Positions 22,762 to 31,691 of a stretch of DNA of 43,607 bases are shown piece after piece. Source of the stretch: a virus. Positions within the stretch are counted from its first letter, which is position 1. The number at the start of each line of letters is the position of its first letter. Location of the stretch: the IMG/VR virus record IMGVR_UViG_3300035156_000199, one strand, 5' to 3'. The translations under genes were made by a program, and so were the position numbers. A model generated the notes under the pieces. The model was given only the letters and a program-made list of their open reading frames with translations, did no database searches and was not told where the DNA came from.

Positions 22762-22865
22762 GCGGATGGACTCCGAAGGTAGTGGTCGATAACGACACGG
22801 TACGTGCGCCAATAGTGCGCAAACCCTTAGGGTTGCTTTCGGCAACCACTAAGTACCCTTCCAGA

Positions 22866-23690
22866 ATGATTCCGAAAGAGATGCCTAGTCAATGGGGTGT
22901 TCAGGTAGATCTCTGGCTGAACTGGCTTCGCGCAGCCGGGCGTCCAGCGTCCACGCTCTACCTGCGGAAGTCTCAGCTACGAAGGCTCGCCCACGCCTAT
23001 CCTCATGCCGACCCGTGGAGCCTGACACCGGACGAGCTTGCCGGCTGGATTGCCGGACAGCAATGGGACAACGACACCATCCGATCACACCGCTCGGCGC
23101 TCAGATCGTTCTACGCCTGGGGGCTGTCATCGGGCCGCACGGGAGTGAATCCCGCGCACGCGTTGCCGAGCGTGAAGGCGAAGCCGGGCAGGCCGAAACC
23201 GGCGCAGGAGGCGACATGGAAAGCGGCGATGCTCGCAGCCGACGACCGCGACGCGCTCATGATTCGCCTCGGCGCTGAAGCCGGTCTGCGCTGCTGCGAG
23301 ATCGCACAAGTGCACACGTCCCACGTCGAGCACGACCTCGTCGGCTACACGCTCAGGGTCCTTGGGAAGGGATCCAAGACGCGCATCGTGCCGCTCTCAC
23401 CACGGCTCGCGCTCGAGCTGCGCTCCAGGCCACCAGGGTGGGTGTTTCCGGGGAACATCGAGGGGCACCTCTCGTCCGCGTACGTCTCGAAGCGACTCAG
23501 CTGGGCCCTCGGCAAAGGCGTCACCGGGCACCAGCTCCGCCATCGCTTCGCTTCGGTCGCCTACAGCGCCGAGCGGGACATCAGGGCGGTGCAGGAACTG
23601 CTCGGACACTCCACGCCGGAAACCACCGCGCGATACACCGCGATACCGAACGGCGCCCTACGAGCCGCGGTGCTCGCCGCGAGCGCCTGA
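22866..23690 (+). CDS. int: Tyrosine integrase (XerC/D-like)
   Basis: Catalytic pattern: AEAGLRCCEI (R), HQLRHRFAS (H-x-x-R), LLGHSTPETTARY (H, Y). I chose the ATG 22866 start because 22760-22865 has low third-position G+C. Alternatives are the coupled GTG at 22758 or the ATG at 22881. The protein ends ...AAVLAASA. Confidence 0.85.
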   Translation: MIPKEMPSQWGVQVDLWLNWLRAAGRPASTLYLRKSQLRRLAHAYPHADPWSLTPDELAGWIAGQQWDNDTIRSHRSALRSFYAWGLSSGRTGVNPAHALPSVKAKPGRPKPAQEATWKAAMLAADDRDALMIRLGAEAGLRCCEIAQVHTSHVEHDLVGYTLRVLGKGSKTRIVPLSPRLALELRSRPPGWVFPGNIEGHLSSAYVSKRLSWALGKGVTGHQLRHRFASVAYSAERDIRAVQELLGHSTPETTARYTAIPNGALRAAVLAASA

Positions 23691-23741
23691 CCCGTGCGAG
23701 ACTTCTCCTCACTTCGACCGAGAGTGATGAGGAGCAAGGTC

Positions 23742-24056
23742 ATGGCAAACCGCGAGTTGGAACAGGCCGCGAAAGAGGTGCGGTGGGCGGTGGACAACGC
23801 GCAAAAGGCCGGGGCCGCCGTCGTGCACGCCGGTGTCATCTATGGTGCCGGCGCCGCGCGGCGAGCGAACAAGCGAGCGCAGGAGGCGAAGGCGAAGCTA
23901 TGTCAGGTCGCTCAAGCCTCGACGCTGTCGGATGACCCGACGCCGCTCGAGCTCGCCGCCGAGAAGTACCGCAACCCGGACAAGGGGTGGCTCGGGCCGA
24001 AAAGCCTCGCGGCCGCCGTCAACCTCTGGGAGGTCGCATTGATGGAGGGTTACTGA
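23742..24056 (+). CDS. Hypothetical cargo protein downstream of int, 104 aa
   Basis: ATG has GAGGAG 7 nt upstream. It reads MANRELEQAAKEVRWAVDNAQKAGAAV... and is predicted helical with no TM segment. It converges on the late operon. Confidence 0.5.
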   Translation: MANRELEQAAKEVRWAVDNAQKAGAAVVHAGVIYGAGAARRANKRAQEAKAKLCQVAQASTLSDDPTPLELAAEKYRNPDKGWLGPKSLAAAVNLWEVALMEGY

Positions 24057-24203
24057 CGGCGTTGTCGATCTGTGAGATCGCGCCCACGGACGTAGCTGGC
24101 CCGTACCCACGCCTCGCGCGCAACGCTGAACTCCACCCGCATCCCACCCTCAAGGGACAGATACGTGCCGCCGATCGGCCTTCCGGAGCCACCAACGACA
24201 AGA

Positions 24204-24236
24204 ACGCCCCCACCCTCACGAGGAGAGTGGGGGCGT
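24204..24236 (-). terminator. Strong hairpin (14-bp stem with one mismatch, 5-nt loop) ending the late operon; possibly bidirectional
   Basis: acgcccccaccctc acgag gagagtgggggcgt, lying 9 nt after the fibre gene stop. On the minus strand it is followed by TCTTGTCGTT. Confidence 0.65.
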
Positions 24237-24244
24237 CCCGGTCG

Positions 24245-26776
24245 TCACGTCCAGGAGTTCACGAAAGACACGGGGCGTAGGGATCCCCCCGCGACGAGCT
24301 TCCACCAGACGTGTGCGGCGACCGCGATCGTCACTGTTTTCTCCGGTGAAGTGCCGGTGGCGTTCGTCGCACGAACCCCAAGCACGATCGTCGCTCCGTC
24401 CTGCGTGGCGGGGGCGACGAACGCAACGGACGCGCTGTCCGTCCCGCTGAGTGTTACGCCGGGCCCGCTGACCTGCCGCCAAGCCCAGCTCGTCACCCCA
24501 CCAACTGCTGATGCTGCGACCGTGACGACCTTCAGGCTGTCGGTCGTGATCGCGGCGAGGTCGTTCACAGTGGGCGCCGCTTCGATGAACACGTAGGCGG
24601 GCGGTTCGATCATCCGGTCGCCGATGCGGATGGTGTCGAACATCGTTGCGCCGTCGACGTTGTTGTAGGTGCCGAAGTCCATCTGGGTGATGGGCACGCT
24701 GCCGAGGGCGGCGCCGGTCACGTTCCGGGAGCCGACGAGATCACCTGTGGTGAAGTCGTATGCGCGGGCGTGATACTCGCCGGTCGTCGTGTCGCCCCAG
24801 AAAGTCAGCCGGTACGCTTTACCGCTTACCACGGCCGCGGGTTCGATCAGGTTGCCCGGTGACGCGTTGTTCCGGTCGATCATGTACACGCCGCTACCTG
24901 CACTGTGGAGGACTTGCAGCAGTCGGGCGCCGGCGCTGGCACCGACCGTCCCTGAGAGCTGAATGAGACCGCGAGGCGCCGTTGGTGCGCTCTCTCCGAT
25001 CCATTCCACCTCGAGTTGGAACGGCCCGTGTGGGCTGTCCGGGGTATGGCGTCCGAACACGCCCGCGACGTTGCCGCCGGCGGGCCGGTTGAACCGTCCG
25101 CCGTGGACTCCGCGTACTTTCGCGAGCGTGGACGCGGTGCCACTGTTGCCGCCAGTCGCGCCCTGGAGGGCGAGGCCCGAGTTGGCGAGGGTGAGGGCAG
25201 TGCCGTTCGGTATTTCGTCGAACGTGATCGTCTTGTAGATGTTCGATGCGATGCGGGCAGTGACGTTGACGGTCAATGTCCGCTCAGCGGAGCTGCCGCC
25301 CGCGTTGGTAGCGACCACGCCGAGGACGACGGTCGAGGCTGTCGTCTGATCCGGCGCCGCGAAGATGCGAGTGGCACCCGAGCCGGTGAGGTTGACAGCT
25401 GGTCCGCTGATCTGACGCCAGGTGTAGGAGGTGGGATTGTTCGTGGCGGTAACGGTCGTTGAGACAGTGGACCCGGGTCCGACGGTCCGGGCAGCAACAG
25501 TCGAGATGGTGGGCGCCGACGGCGTGGGCTCGTCGAGGAAGGTGGCCACATTCGAAGCGATCAGTTCGTTCAGCAGCCCGTACCCGGTCGAGCCGCCTTC
25601 CATATGCACGCCGTCCGCGTTCCAGCTGATCGGCTGACCGGTTGCTTCACGCGCACGCATGAAGCTGTACTGGTCGATCATCCGGGCCTTTGCCTTGCCG
25701 GCAACGAAGCCTTCGTACCAGGCGTTGAACGCAGCGCCGTCGTTCGGGTCCTGGTAGGCGAGGTTGACGCAGAAGATCTGCCGGGCACCGTTGTCGACCA
25801 GCGCGAAGAGGGAGTTGAACTGGGACTGCCACGTTGCCTGGGAGTTGGTGCGGATGTTCCCACCGAGGATCAGGACGACGTGCTGCGGGTTGAAGCCGCC
25901 CGACTGCCACGCGTTCCACGACGTCTCCGTCGTCGGGGTGATCGTGCCACCCCAAGGTACTCGAGAACTTACCCCGGACACGGTGATCTGACTCGCAGTC
26001 CACCCGTGATTCGCGAACGCGGCGGGAATCGTTGTGACGCCCGTCCCGCCCTGATGGGCCTTCGAGTCGCCGAGTACGCCGACGACCGGCCGGGTGCTCG
26101 CGGGCGGTTCCACCGGTGGGGCGGGCTCGGACATGGCAGGGAGGAAAACGGCAGTCCCGTCGTCCCACTGAAGGTCGTCAATGTCGACGGTCCGGCCCGC
26201 AGTGCCGACGTTCACGCAGCCAGCGTTGAGCTTCGTCACCGGGGCCGTGCCGAGATTTGCGGCCGTCGATGCGACCGCGAGACCGACCTGGTTCCCCGCG
26301 GCGTCATACCGGCGGGCGTTGATCGTCCCGGCGGTAGCAGTCGTCGGGTTGATGGTGATGTTCAGGGCGACCCGGAACTTCGTATTCAGACCGCTGTCCG
26401 CAACAGCGTTCGACATGGGAAACACGGCTCCGGCCGCGTCGGTGATCGCAATGTACCCGGTCGTCGACCTGTACTCGATCTTCAGGATCGCGGCGTCCGC
26501 AGCGGTTGCGAGGGAAATGACCTGTGTCCCGAGGGCTGACGCCCGGAACACGACGCTGACGCTCAGGACCATCGACGACGGCGGGGCGTATCGGATAAGG
26601 TCCGACGCTGTTCCTGCCGCAGTGAAGCGCAGACCGTAGAGGCCGTGCGCCGCAGCGTCCGCAGTGTAGGCGATCGTGCCATTACCGGCGACCGTGCGAA
26701 GGACACCGCCGTCGTCGCCGATCGCATACTCAGCGCCAGCCGGGCCCTTCTCGAATTCCTTCTGTACGAGTGCCAT
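24245..26776 (-). CDS. Tail fibre / receptor-binding protein with an SGNH (GDSL) esterase domain, two lectin-like and two Ig-like domains (843 aa)
   Basis: SGNH blocks are VGVLGDSKA, VLILGGNIR and NADGVHM (aa ~229-410). Repeated Ig-like units are YTWRQISGPAVNLTGSG... and WAWRQVSGPGVTLSGTD... The start shares one nt with the upstream stop. Confidence 0.75.
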   Translation of the reverse strand: MALVQKEFEKGPAGAEYAIGDDGGVLRTVAGNGTIAYTADAAAHGLYGLRFTAAGTASDLIRYAPPSSMVLSVSVVFRASALGTQVISLATAADAAILKIEYRSTTGYIAITDAAGAVFPMSNAVADSGLNTKFRVALNITINPTTATAGTINARRYDAAGNQVGLAVASTAANLGTAPVTKLNAGCVNVGTAGRTVDIDDLQWDDGTAVFLPAMSEPAPPVEPPASTRPVVGVLGDSKAHQGGTGVTTIPAAFANHGWTASQITVSGVSSRVPWGGTITPTTETSWNAWQSGGFNPQHVVLILGGNIRTNSQATWQSQFNSLFALVDNGARQIFCVNLAYQDPNDGAAFNAWYEGFVAGKAKARMIDQYSFMRAREATGQPISWNADGVHMEGGSTGYGLLNELIASNVATFLDEPTPSAPTISTVAARTVGPGSTVSTTVTATNNPTSYTWRQISGPAVNLTGSGATRIFAAPDQTTASTVVLGVVATNAGGSSAERTLTVNVTARIASNIYKTITFDEIPNGTALTLANSGLALQGATGGNSGTASTLAKVRGVHGGRFNRPAGGNVAGVFGRHTPDSPHGPFQLEVEWIGESAPTAPRGLIQLSGTVGASAGARLLQVLHSAGSGVYMIDRNNASPGNLIEPAAVVSGKAYRLTFWGDTTTGEYHARAYDFTTGDLVGSRNVTGAALGSVPITQMDFGTYNNVDGATMFDTIRIGDRMIEPPAYVFIEAAPTVNDLAAITTDSLKVVTVAASAVGGVTSWAWRQVSGPGVTLSGTDSASVAFVAPATQDGATIVLGVRATNATGTSPEKTVTIAVAAHVWWKLVAGGSLRPVSFVNSWT

Positions 26777-27942
26777 TAGTTGATGACCCTGCTTCCGTTG
26801 TATGGGTCGACGAGGAAGTACTGCAGCAGCGTCACGCCGTCCGGGCCGTACACCGTGGGCGGTTTGCGCTGCACCTGGTTCGCGCCGAGGTTCCAGATCT
26901 CGGCATAGAACCGGCCGCCGCCGACACCCGTGGCGTCCCACTTCGGGTTGTAGACGGTGAGGGTGTTGTCGACGCCGCCGCGCGCGCTGTCCGAGTTGAT
27001 GGACATGTGGCCTGTGCCGCCGGTGGTGTTCCGGTCGGAGATCATGTCGGGGTTGTAGTAGACGATGTTGTTCGCCTGTTCGTGGTTGAACGAGTACCCT
27101 GCGAAGATCCCGGACCCAGTGCCGATGTAGTGGGAGCGGCAGTTGCGCACGACGCCGCCGTCGTACACGTACCAGGCGATGCCGCCGCCGCCGTACCGGG
27201 TGTGGTGGAAGTAGCTGTCCTCAACTGTCAGGTTCGACCCGTTGTTGGGCATGAGGAGGGCTGCGGACACGCGGGTGCCGTTGCGGCGGCCGTCCAGGTC
27301 GACACGACGGATCGTGCCACCGGTGTTGCGGAACAAGCTGATCGACCCGGTCTCGCCGGGCGGGATCTTGTTTGACCCCTTGATTCCGGTCACCCACACG
27401 TCCTCGACGAGGAGGTTTAGGCAGGAGTCGAAACGGAGCCCATTGTGGTCATGGTCCGCACCGAGCTGAGTGCCCTCGAGGGTGAACTGCGAGAACTCCA
27501 TCCCGGGTCGCCGGCCACCAGGCCAGTTCTCCCCGTTGGCTTGCATGAGGAAGAAGTTGTTGGCCTCGAACTCCGCGTAGTTCGGTTGCGTCGCGGTGCT
27601 GGTCAGCATCTTGAAGACGGTGTTCTTGCCAGACCCGCTGATGCCGTTGCAGTTCGTGGCCCCGCCGTTTCCCACACGGATGCCGTCCTTGAAGCCTTTC
27701 GAGAAGGACGGGGGGATGATGAACTCGCCCTCGGGGAACGTCATCTTATCGAGGTTCTGGACCTTGTTGAGGGTGACCTGAAGGTCCGAGTCGTTGCTCG
27801 AGTACAGGTCCTCGTACCGGACGTAGCCCGCGCCGGACTTCCGTTCGACGCCGGACCCCGATCCGAGGATCGTGGCGGGGACGTCCGGGTAGCCTTTGCG
27901 GGCCCACCCGGACGGCTTGAGCTTCCAGATCTCCGGGGGCAT
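26776..27942 (-). CDS. Right-handed beta-helix (pectate-lyase-fold) tailspike/depolymerase-like protein, 388 aa
   Basis: Gly/Asn-rich beta-helix repeat character (LRFDSCLNLLVEDVWVTGIKG..., GGIAWYVYDGGVVRNCRSHYIGTGSGIFAG...). TGATG-coupled at both ends. Confidence 0.6.
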   Translation of the reverse strand: MPPEIWKLKPSGWARKGYPDVPATILGSGSGVERKSGAGYVRYEDLYSSNDSDLQVTLNKVQNLDKMTFPEGEFIIPPSFSKGFKDGIRVGNGGATNCNGISGSGKNTVFKMLTSTATQPNYAEFEANNFFLMQANGENWPGGRRPGMEFSQFTLEGTQLGADHDHNGLRFDSCLNLLVEDVWVTGIKGSNKIPPGETGSISLFRNTGGTIRRVDLDGRRNGTRVSAALLMPNNGSNLTVEDSYFHHTRYGGGGIAWYVYDGGVVRNCRSHYIGTGSGIFAGYSFNHEQANNIVYYNPDMISDRNTTGGTGHMSINSDSARGGVDNTLTVYNPKWDATGVGGGRFYAEIWNLGANQVQRKPPTVYGPDGVTLLQYFLVDPYNGSRVIN

Positions 27943-28604
27943 CAGAAGTTCAGCCAGAAGTCGTTGTCGAGCGCGTAGCCGGTCTCGCGGGACGGGGGCG
28001 TGGGCATGTCCCAACCCACCCGCACGTCGGAGGGAAGGGTTCCGCGGGCGTTCCGGAGCTCCTGCACGCCGTTGACGAGGCCGCGGACGACGAAGGCGCC
28101 CACGAGTGAGGACCCACCGCCGCCGCCGATGAGCTGCCAGAACGCGTTCGTCCCTGTAGGTGCGGGGTTCGCGGACGTGTGGTCCTGGAGGGCGTAGAAC
28201 GTCTGCGCACCGGAGACGATGAGGTCGTTGGTCTTGTACGCGACACCTGGGGCGAACGCGCCACGTGGGCGCAGGCGGGCGGCCAAGGCGGCATCCAAGG
28301 CGGCTGACCCGCTGATGGTGATGATGTCGCCGAGGTCGTTGGCTACGACCGACACCATGCCCTGCCCGATGAGGGCAGCACCGATGATGTCGCGGACCAC
28401 TTCCGGGTCAGCGGATGAGGAACCGGTCCCGCCCGAGGCGGAGATCGTGAGCGTGCCGGCGGTGTCGTCGTAGGAAAACGAGACGTTGTTCCCTGACCGG
28501 AGGAAGCCGTTGACGCCGCCCGCGCCGGCGATCATATCCTGAAGTAGCTCGACGGCCTTCGGGGCGAGCTTGCCGTCTGATGTCAATCCGATTACTTCGC
28601 CCAT
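27942..28604 (-). CDS. Tail fibre protein with a CBM5/12-like motif, 220 aa
   Basis: It has Gly-rich stretches. AYKTNDLIVSGAQTFYALQDHTSANPAPTGTNAFWQLIG resembles the carbohydrate-binding CBM5/12 pattern. Confidence 0.5.
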   Translation of the reverse strand: MGEVIGLTSDGKLAPKAVELLQDMIAGAGGVNGFLRSGNNVSFSYDDTAGTLTISASGGTGSSSADPEVVRDIIGAALIGQGMVSVVANDLGDIITISGSAALDAALAARLRPRGAFAPGVAYKTNDLIVSGAQTFYALQDHTSANPAPTGTNAFWQLIGGGGGSSLVGAFVVRGLVNGVQELRNARGTLPSDVRVGWDMPTPPSRETGYALDNDFWLNF

Positions 28605-28606
28605 GG

Positions 28607-29125
28607 TCAGGCTCCTGTCAGGTAGATGCCGGGGTTGGCTGGGTCCTCGAGGAGGCCCGAGCCGGTGGTGAGGTACATGCCGGGGTTTGCAGTGTCAGCG
28701 ACGAGACCGCCGGTCCCACCCCCACCGCCGCCCCCGCTCGCGATGAGGGTCTGCACCTGCTGAAGGGAGTCACCGGCGCTCAGCGCCGCCTGCTGCGCGG
28801 CAAAGAGCGCCGCGGCGACGGCCTGGTCCTTCGCGTCCTGCGAGTCCCGGCGAAACACGAAGGACCCGGACTTCCAGTTGTGCGCGAAGTTCGGTGACAC
28901 GACGTACACGTCGGGAAGGATCGGCAGGGCGCCGACGGGAACTCCGGTCGCGGTCTGACCTGCGGGTGTCTTGATCGTCAGCGGCGTCGTGAACGCTGTA
29001 TCCGCGATCTCGTACACCTGGTAGGTGGCATTCGGGGTAACGATGGGGCGCACCACACCGTCGCTGCCGATCGACGCGGCGTCGCCGGCGGCGATACCCG
29101 GGTAGAAAGCTTCTCCTGCAGCCAT
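28607..29125 (-). CDS. Minor tail/fibre protein, 172 aa
   Basis: It has a poly-Gly stretch. The repeated DTANPGMYLT / DPANPGIYLT motifs are typical of actinophage minor tail proteins. Confidence 0.55.
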   Translation of the reverse strand: MAAGEAFYPGIAAGDAASIGSDGVVRPIVTPNATYQVYEIADTAFTTPLTIKTPAGQTATGVPVGALPILPDVYVVSPNFAHNWKSGSFVFRRDSQDAKDQAVAAALFAAQQAALSAGDSLQQVQTLIASGGGGGGGTGGLVADTANPGMYLTTGSGLLEDPANPGIYLTGA

Positions 29126-29128
29126 GAG

Positions 29129-29179
29129 GGGCCTTTCCTAGTGGGGTGAGGTTACGAAGAAGGCCCCACTAGGAGGCCC
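29129..29179 (-). promoter_or_regulatory. Large hairpin (10-bp plus 5-bp stems) between the holin-like gene and the fibre genes; its 3' arm contains the SD of the next gene
   Basis: The inner stem is cctagtgggg/ccccactagg and the outer stem is gggcc/ggccc. On the RNA, ...CCCCACUAGGAAAGGCCCCUC-AUG places AGGAAAGG inside the stem. Confidence 0.45.
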
Positions 29180-29204
29180 GTCTGTGGTGGTGCACGTCTG
29201 CTTG

Positions 29205-29558
29205 TCAGGCGCGGTGGCGTCCGGGCGGGTCGTTGTCCGGCGCGAGGAACGCCAGGTAGCGGCGGAACCACTCGACGACGCCGGGGATCGCCATGATCCT
29301 GGTGATACCCGCCGCGGCCGCGGTGATGAACGCTGCAGCCGCGAGGAGCCACGCGACGAGGCCGGGCGGCAGGTACGCGCCGATCGGCCCGTTCACGATT
29401 TCGGCGAGGATCAGCGGCAGGATCACTGCGAGGCCCGCGAACGCGGAGATGCCGACCGCGAACGCTGTGCGGAGCGTCGCTTTCCACGGGTGCGCGACCT
29501 GCGTCGTCGGTGCGACGCCGCCCTCCTCGGGTGTGTGGAGGGGGGTTTGCTCGGTCAT
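29205..29558 (-). CDS. 2-TM holin-like membrane protein, 117 aa
   Basis: ATGA-coupled. TM segments are AFAVGISAFAGLAVILPLILAEIV and LVAWLLAAAAFITAAAAGI, with a charged C-terminus. It lies downstream of the lysins. Confidence 0.5.
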   Translation of the reverse strand: MTEQTPLHTPEEGGVAPTTQVAHPWKATLRTAFAVGISAFAGLAVILPLILAEIVNGPIGAYLPPGLVAWLLAAAAFITAAAAGITRIMAIPGVVEWFRRYLAFLAPDNDPPGRHRA

Positions 29559-29980
29559 TTCTTCTCACCCGCCGGGATCTCGCCGAGGTCCTTGAGGGGT
29601 TCGACTTCGCGGACCTGCATCGTTGTCGTGGTGCGGGTCTGCTCCACGGAGTTGATGAGCTTCGCGAGGGCCGCGGCGTTCAGCTCGGCCTGCTTCTGCG
29701 GGTCGAGCGCGACGTTCTGCGCTGCCGCGACGTGCTGCACGAGGCCGATGAGCGCGTCGATCTTCTGCCCGAGGAGGCCGATGCCCTGCAGGATGTTCGC
29801 GAAGTTCGTCGGCAGCCACGAGATCTCCGTGCCGAGGTTCGTGTCCTTCCCGTCGATCTGCCGTTTGACCGGGAGGTTCAGGACTACGGACGCGAGCAGG
29901 CGCATCCAGGTGGTCTGCTGGTCCCCGCTGATGTGGGAGTGCAGCTGCTTGAGCATGACGAGGTTCGGGTGATCTGCCAC
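29555..29980 (-). CDS. Hypothetical protein within the lysis cassette, 141 aa
   Basis: GTG start with GAAAGG upstream. It has no TM segment and I recognised no family. Confidence 0.5.
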   Translation of the reverse strand: MADHPNLVMLKQLHSHISGDQQTTWMRLLASVVLNLPVKRQIDGKDTNLGTEISWLPTNFANILQGIGLLGQKIDALIGLVQHVAAAQNVALDPQKQAELNAAALAKLINSVEQTRTTTTMQVREVEPLKDLGEIPAGEKK

Positions 29981-29992
29981 GGTGGTGCCTTT

Positions 29993-30613
29993 CTAGGAGG
30001 TGGCGCCGACGATGCCGTCGATGCCTTCGATGAGGAGTTGCTCGGTGGTTGCGGTGGCTCCCTGACCGCCGACGCCGAGAGGGATGAGCAGGCCAGCCGG
30101 GAAGTGCAGGAGCGGGTCTTCGCGGCCGTACAGCCAGCCGTCGTGCGGGGCCGGTAGCTGGGCGACGAACTCGAAGTGGCAGTGGACCCCGGTGGAGCGG
30201 CCAGTGCTGCCAGCCCATCCGAGTACGGTGCCGGCTTTCACGAAGCTGCCGTCAGGGATCGGGGCTTCCCGCACCATGTGGGAGTACGTGGTGCCACTGC
30301 GCCGGTCAGGGCTTGCCAGCAGGGCATTCCACCCAGACGGCCACCCAGCAGCACCTCGGGCGTGCATCCACCGGTCAGCGATGTGGTCAGGCATCAGCCG
30401 CGCATCGCCGGAGTGGTCGAGCCAACCGTCGTGCGCGGCGTAGATCTCCTCGCCCAGGTCGGCCTCGAAGTCGAGGCCGTTGTGCCCGGCGGGCTGGTAG
30501 TCGCCGTACTCGAAGAACGCGACCGAGTTGCGGTAGGCAGGGTCGCGGGTGCTGTTGACCCCGAACCGTTGCGAAATGAAACCCCGAACCGGCATCACAG
30601 TCAGGAGAACCAT
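29993..30613 (-). CDS. M23 (LytM-type) peptidase endolysin component, 206 aa
   Basis: It has the H-x3-D motif (HNGLD) and the H-x-H motif (HCHFE). The start shares one nt with the amidase stop (TGATG). Confidence 0.8.
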   Translation of the reverse strand: MVLLTVMPVRGFISQRFGVNSTRDPAYRNSVAFFEYGDYQPAGHNGLDFEADLGEEIYAAHDGWLDHSGDARLMPDHIADRWMHARGAAGWPSGWNALLASPDRRSGTTYSHMVREAPIPDGSFVKAGTVLGWAGSTGRSTGVHCHFEFVAQLPAPHDGWLYGREDPLLHFPAGLLIPLGVGGQGATATTEQLLIEGIDGIVGATS

Positions 30614-31248
30614 CAGGCGTACACCCCTTCCCATCCCTCGACGAGCAACGGTTTGAGCTGCACTGCGGGCACTGCGGGCGTCGCGGGCGTGAGGGATGGC
30701 ATGGGGCCGGGGTCGACGTGGTTCTCGCCGGGGACCTGCGCGTGCGCGTAATGCCCGGCACGGGTGTTCCAGATGCTGTCGTGGTCTTCCTGCCGGCGCC
30801 CATTCGGAGCGCCGAGCGGCCAGACGCGCGGGACTCCCCAGCTGTCCGTCCAGGCGAGAATCCGCTCGAGGCCAACCAGCGGGGTTTCCGCGATCGTGTC
30901 GAACCGGGTTGACTTCCCGTTGACGTCTCGAAGCGCGCCGGCGGAAAAGTACACCTCCACCTGGATGTGGACCGCTCCGTCCTGATTCCAGCGCGACAGT
31001 GCGCGGCCGCCGACGTCGGCGGGGTACGCCTGCTCGAGGTGCCCGTCGACCGGGTCCCACAGGAGGGTCGGCCAGTAGGCGACGGACGCCAGGTAGTCGC
31101 CGACGTTCTTCCGGGGCGGCTGGTAGCCGGCGGCATTGATCCGGTCCGCTGTCGCGTGCCACGTGCACCGGGGCGGCAAGGAACGGTCCAGGGGTACCCC
31201 TCCGGGCTGGGGGCGGCGGACGGCCCCGGGGAGCCACAGATCAGGCAT
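30613..31248 (-). CDS. Putative N-acetylmuramoyl-L-alanine amidase-type endolysin component, 211 aa
   Basis: ATG has ACGGAGA upstream. The C-terminal GHYAHAQVPGENHVDPG resembles the amidase_2 H...DPG motif. It is adjacent to the M23 gene. Confidence 0.55.
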   Translation of the reverse strand: MPDLWLPGAVRRPQPGGVPLDRSLPPRCTWHATADRINAAGYQPPRKNVGDYLASVAYWPTLLWDPVDGHLEQAYPADVGGRALSRWNQDGAVHIQVEVYFSAGALRDVNGKSTRFDTIAETPLVGLERILAWTDSWGVPRVWPLGAPNGRRQEDHDSIWNTRAGHYAHAQVPGENHVDPGPMPSLTPATPAVPAVQLKPLLVEGWEGVYA

Positions 31249-31286
31249 GGCTATCTCCGTTCTCGTGTAGGAAGGACCCTCGCGGG

Positions 31287-31691
31287 TCAGAAGTCGTACA
31301 GTGTTGACGGCCAGGGCGGGGCGGGTGGACCCTTCTCGTCCTCGATGTGTTTGCGCAGGTCGTTGATGTAGTCGTCGCGGACGTGCTCGCGGCGCTTGGA
31401 GCGTTCCTGTTCCTTTTCGACCGCCTGGATTCGGTCGGCGGCTCTGGCCTCGGCGTCGCGCACGCGGTTCTCTGCATGCGCGTCCACCAGATCTATGCGT
31501 TCGACGGCCCGCTGCAGCTCGGCCCGGAGATCCTTGATCGTTGAGTCCCTCTCCGCGAGACCGTCACGCCGCTCGGTCAGCGCGTTGGTATCCTCATCGC
31601 TTCTGCGGCCCCGGAGCAAGACGAGGACCGCGCCGCCGAGGGAGCTGACCAAGCCGACGACCGCGATGATGATCGCCGTGGTGTCACTCAT
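31287..31691 (-). CDS. Type-II membrane protein with a long coiled coil, 134 aa
   Basis: The N-terminal TM segment is AIIIAVVGLVSSLGGAVLVLL, followed by a charged heptad-like helix. It overlaps the upstream gene by 8 nt. Confidence 0.5.
   Translation of the reverse strand: MSDTTAIIIAVVGLVSSLGGAVLVLLRGRRSDEDTNALTERRDGLAERDSTIKDLRAELQRAVERIDLVDAHAENRVRDAEARAADRIQAVEKEQERSKRREHVRDDYINDLRKHIEDEKGPPAPPWPSTLYDF

Noticed and set aside
24245-26776. A diversity-generating retroelement target in the duplicated lectin/Ig units of the fibre
   Set aside because: There is no reverse transcriptase and no template repeat anywhere in the genome. The duplicated units are diverged throughout rather than at adenine-specific positions.
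29993-31237. Long 5' extensions of track ORFs (for example 29993-31237, 24245-26941, 305-934, 10216-11430, 16614-17981, 17743-19260)
   Set aside because: The upstream portions overlap the preceding gene in another frame and translate to Arg/Pro-rich nonsense. Internal ATG/GTG starts with an SD or a stop/start overlap give products beginning exactly at the previous gene's stop.
29205-31248. A LysB-type mycolylarabinogalactan esterase in the lysis cassette
   Set aside because: No cutinase or alpha/beta-hydrolase G-x-S-x-G protein is present near the lysins. The only esterase-like domain is the SGNH module inside the 843-aa fibre protein, whose lectin and Ig domains argue for a virion role.
31287-31691. 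An Rz-like spanin
   Set aside because: Only a single N-terminal TM plus coiled coil is present. No partner lipoprotein ORF with a lipobox was seen, and the apparent host type (Gram-positive actinobacterium) does not require spanins. It is kept as a generic membrane protein.
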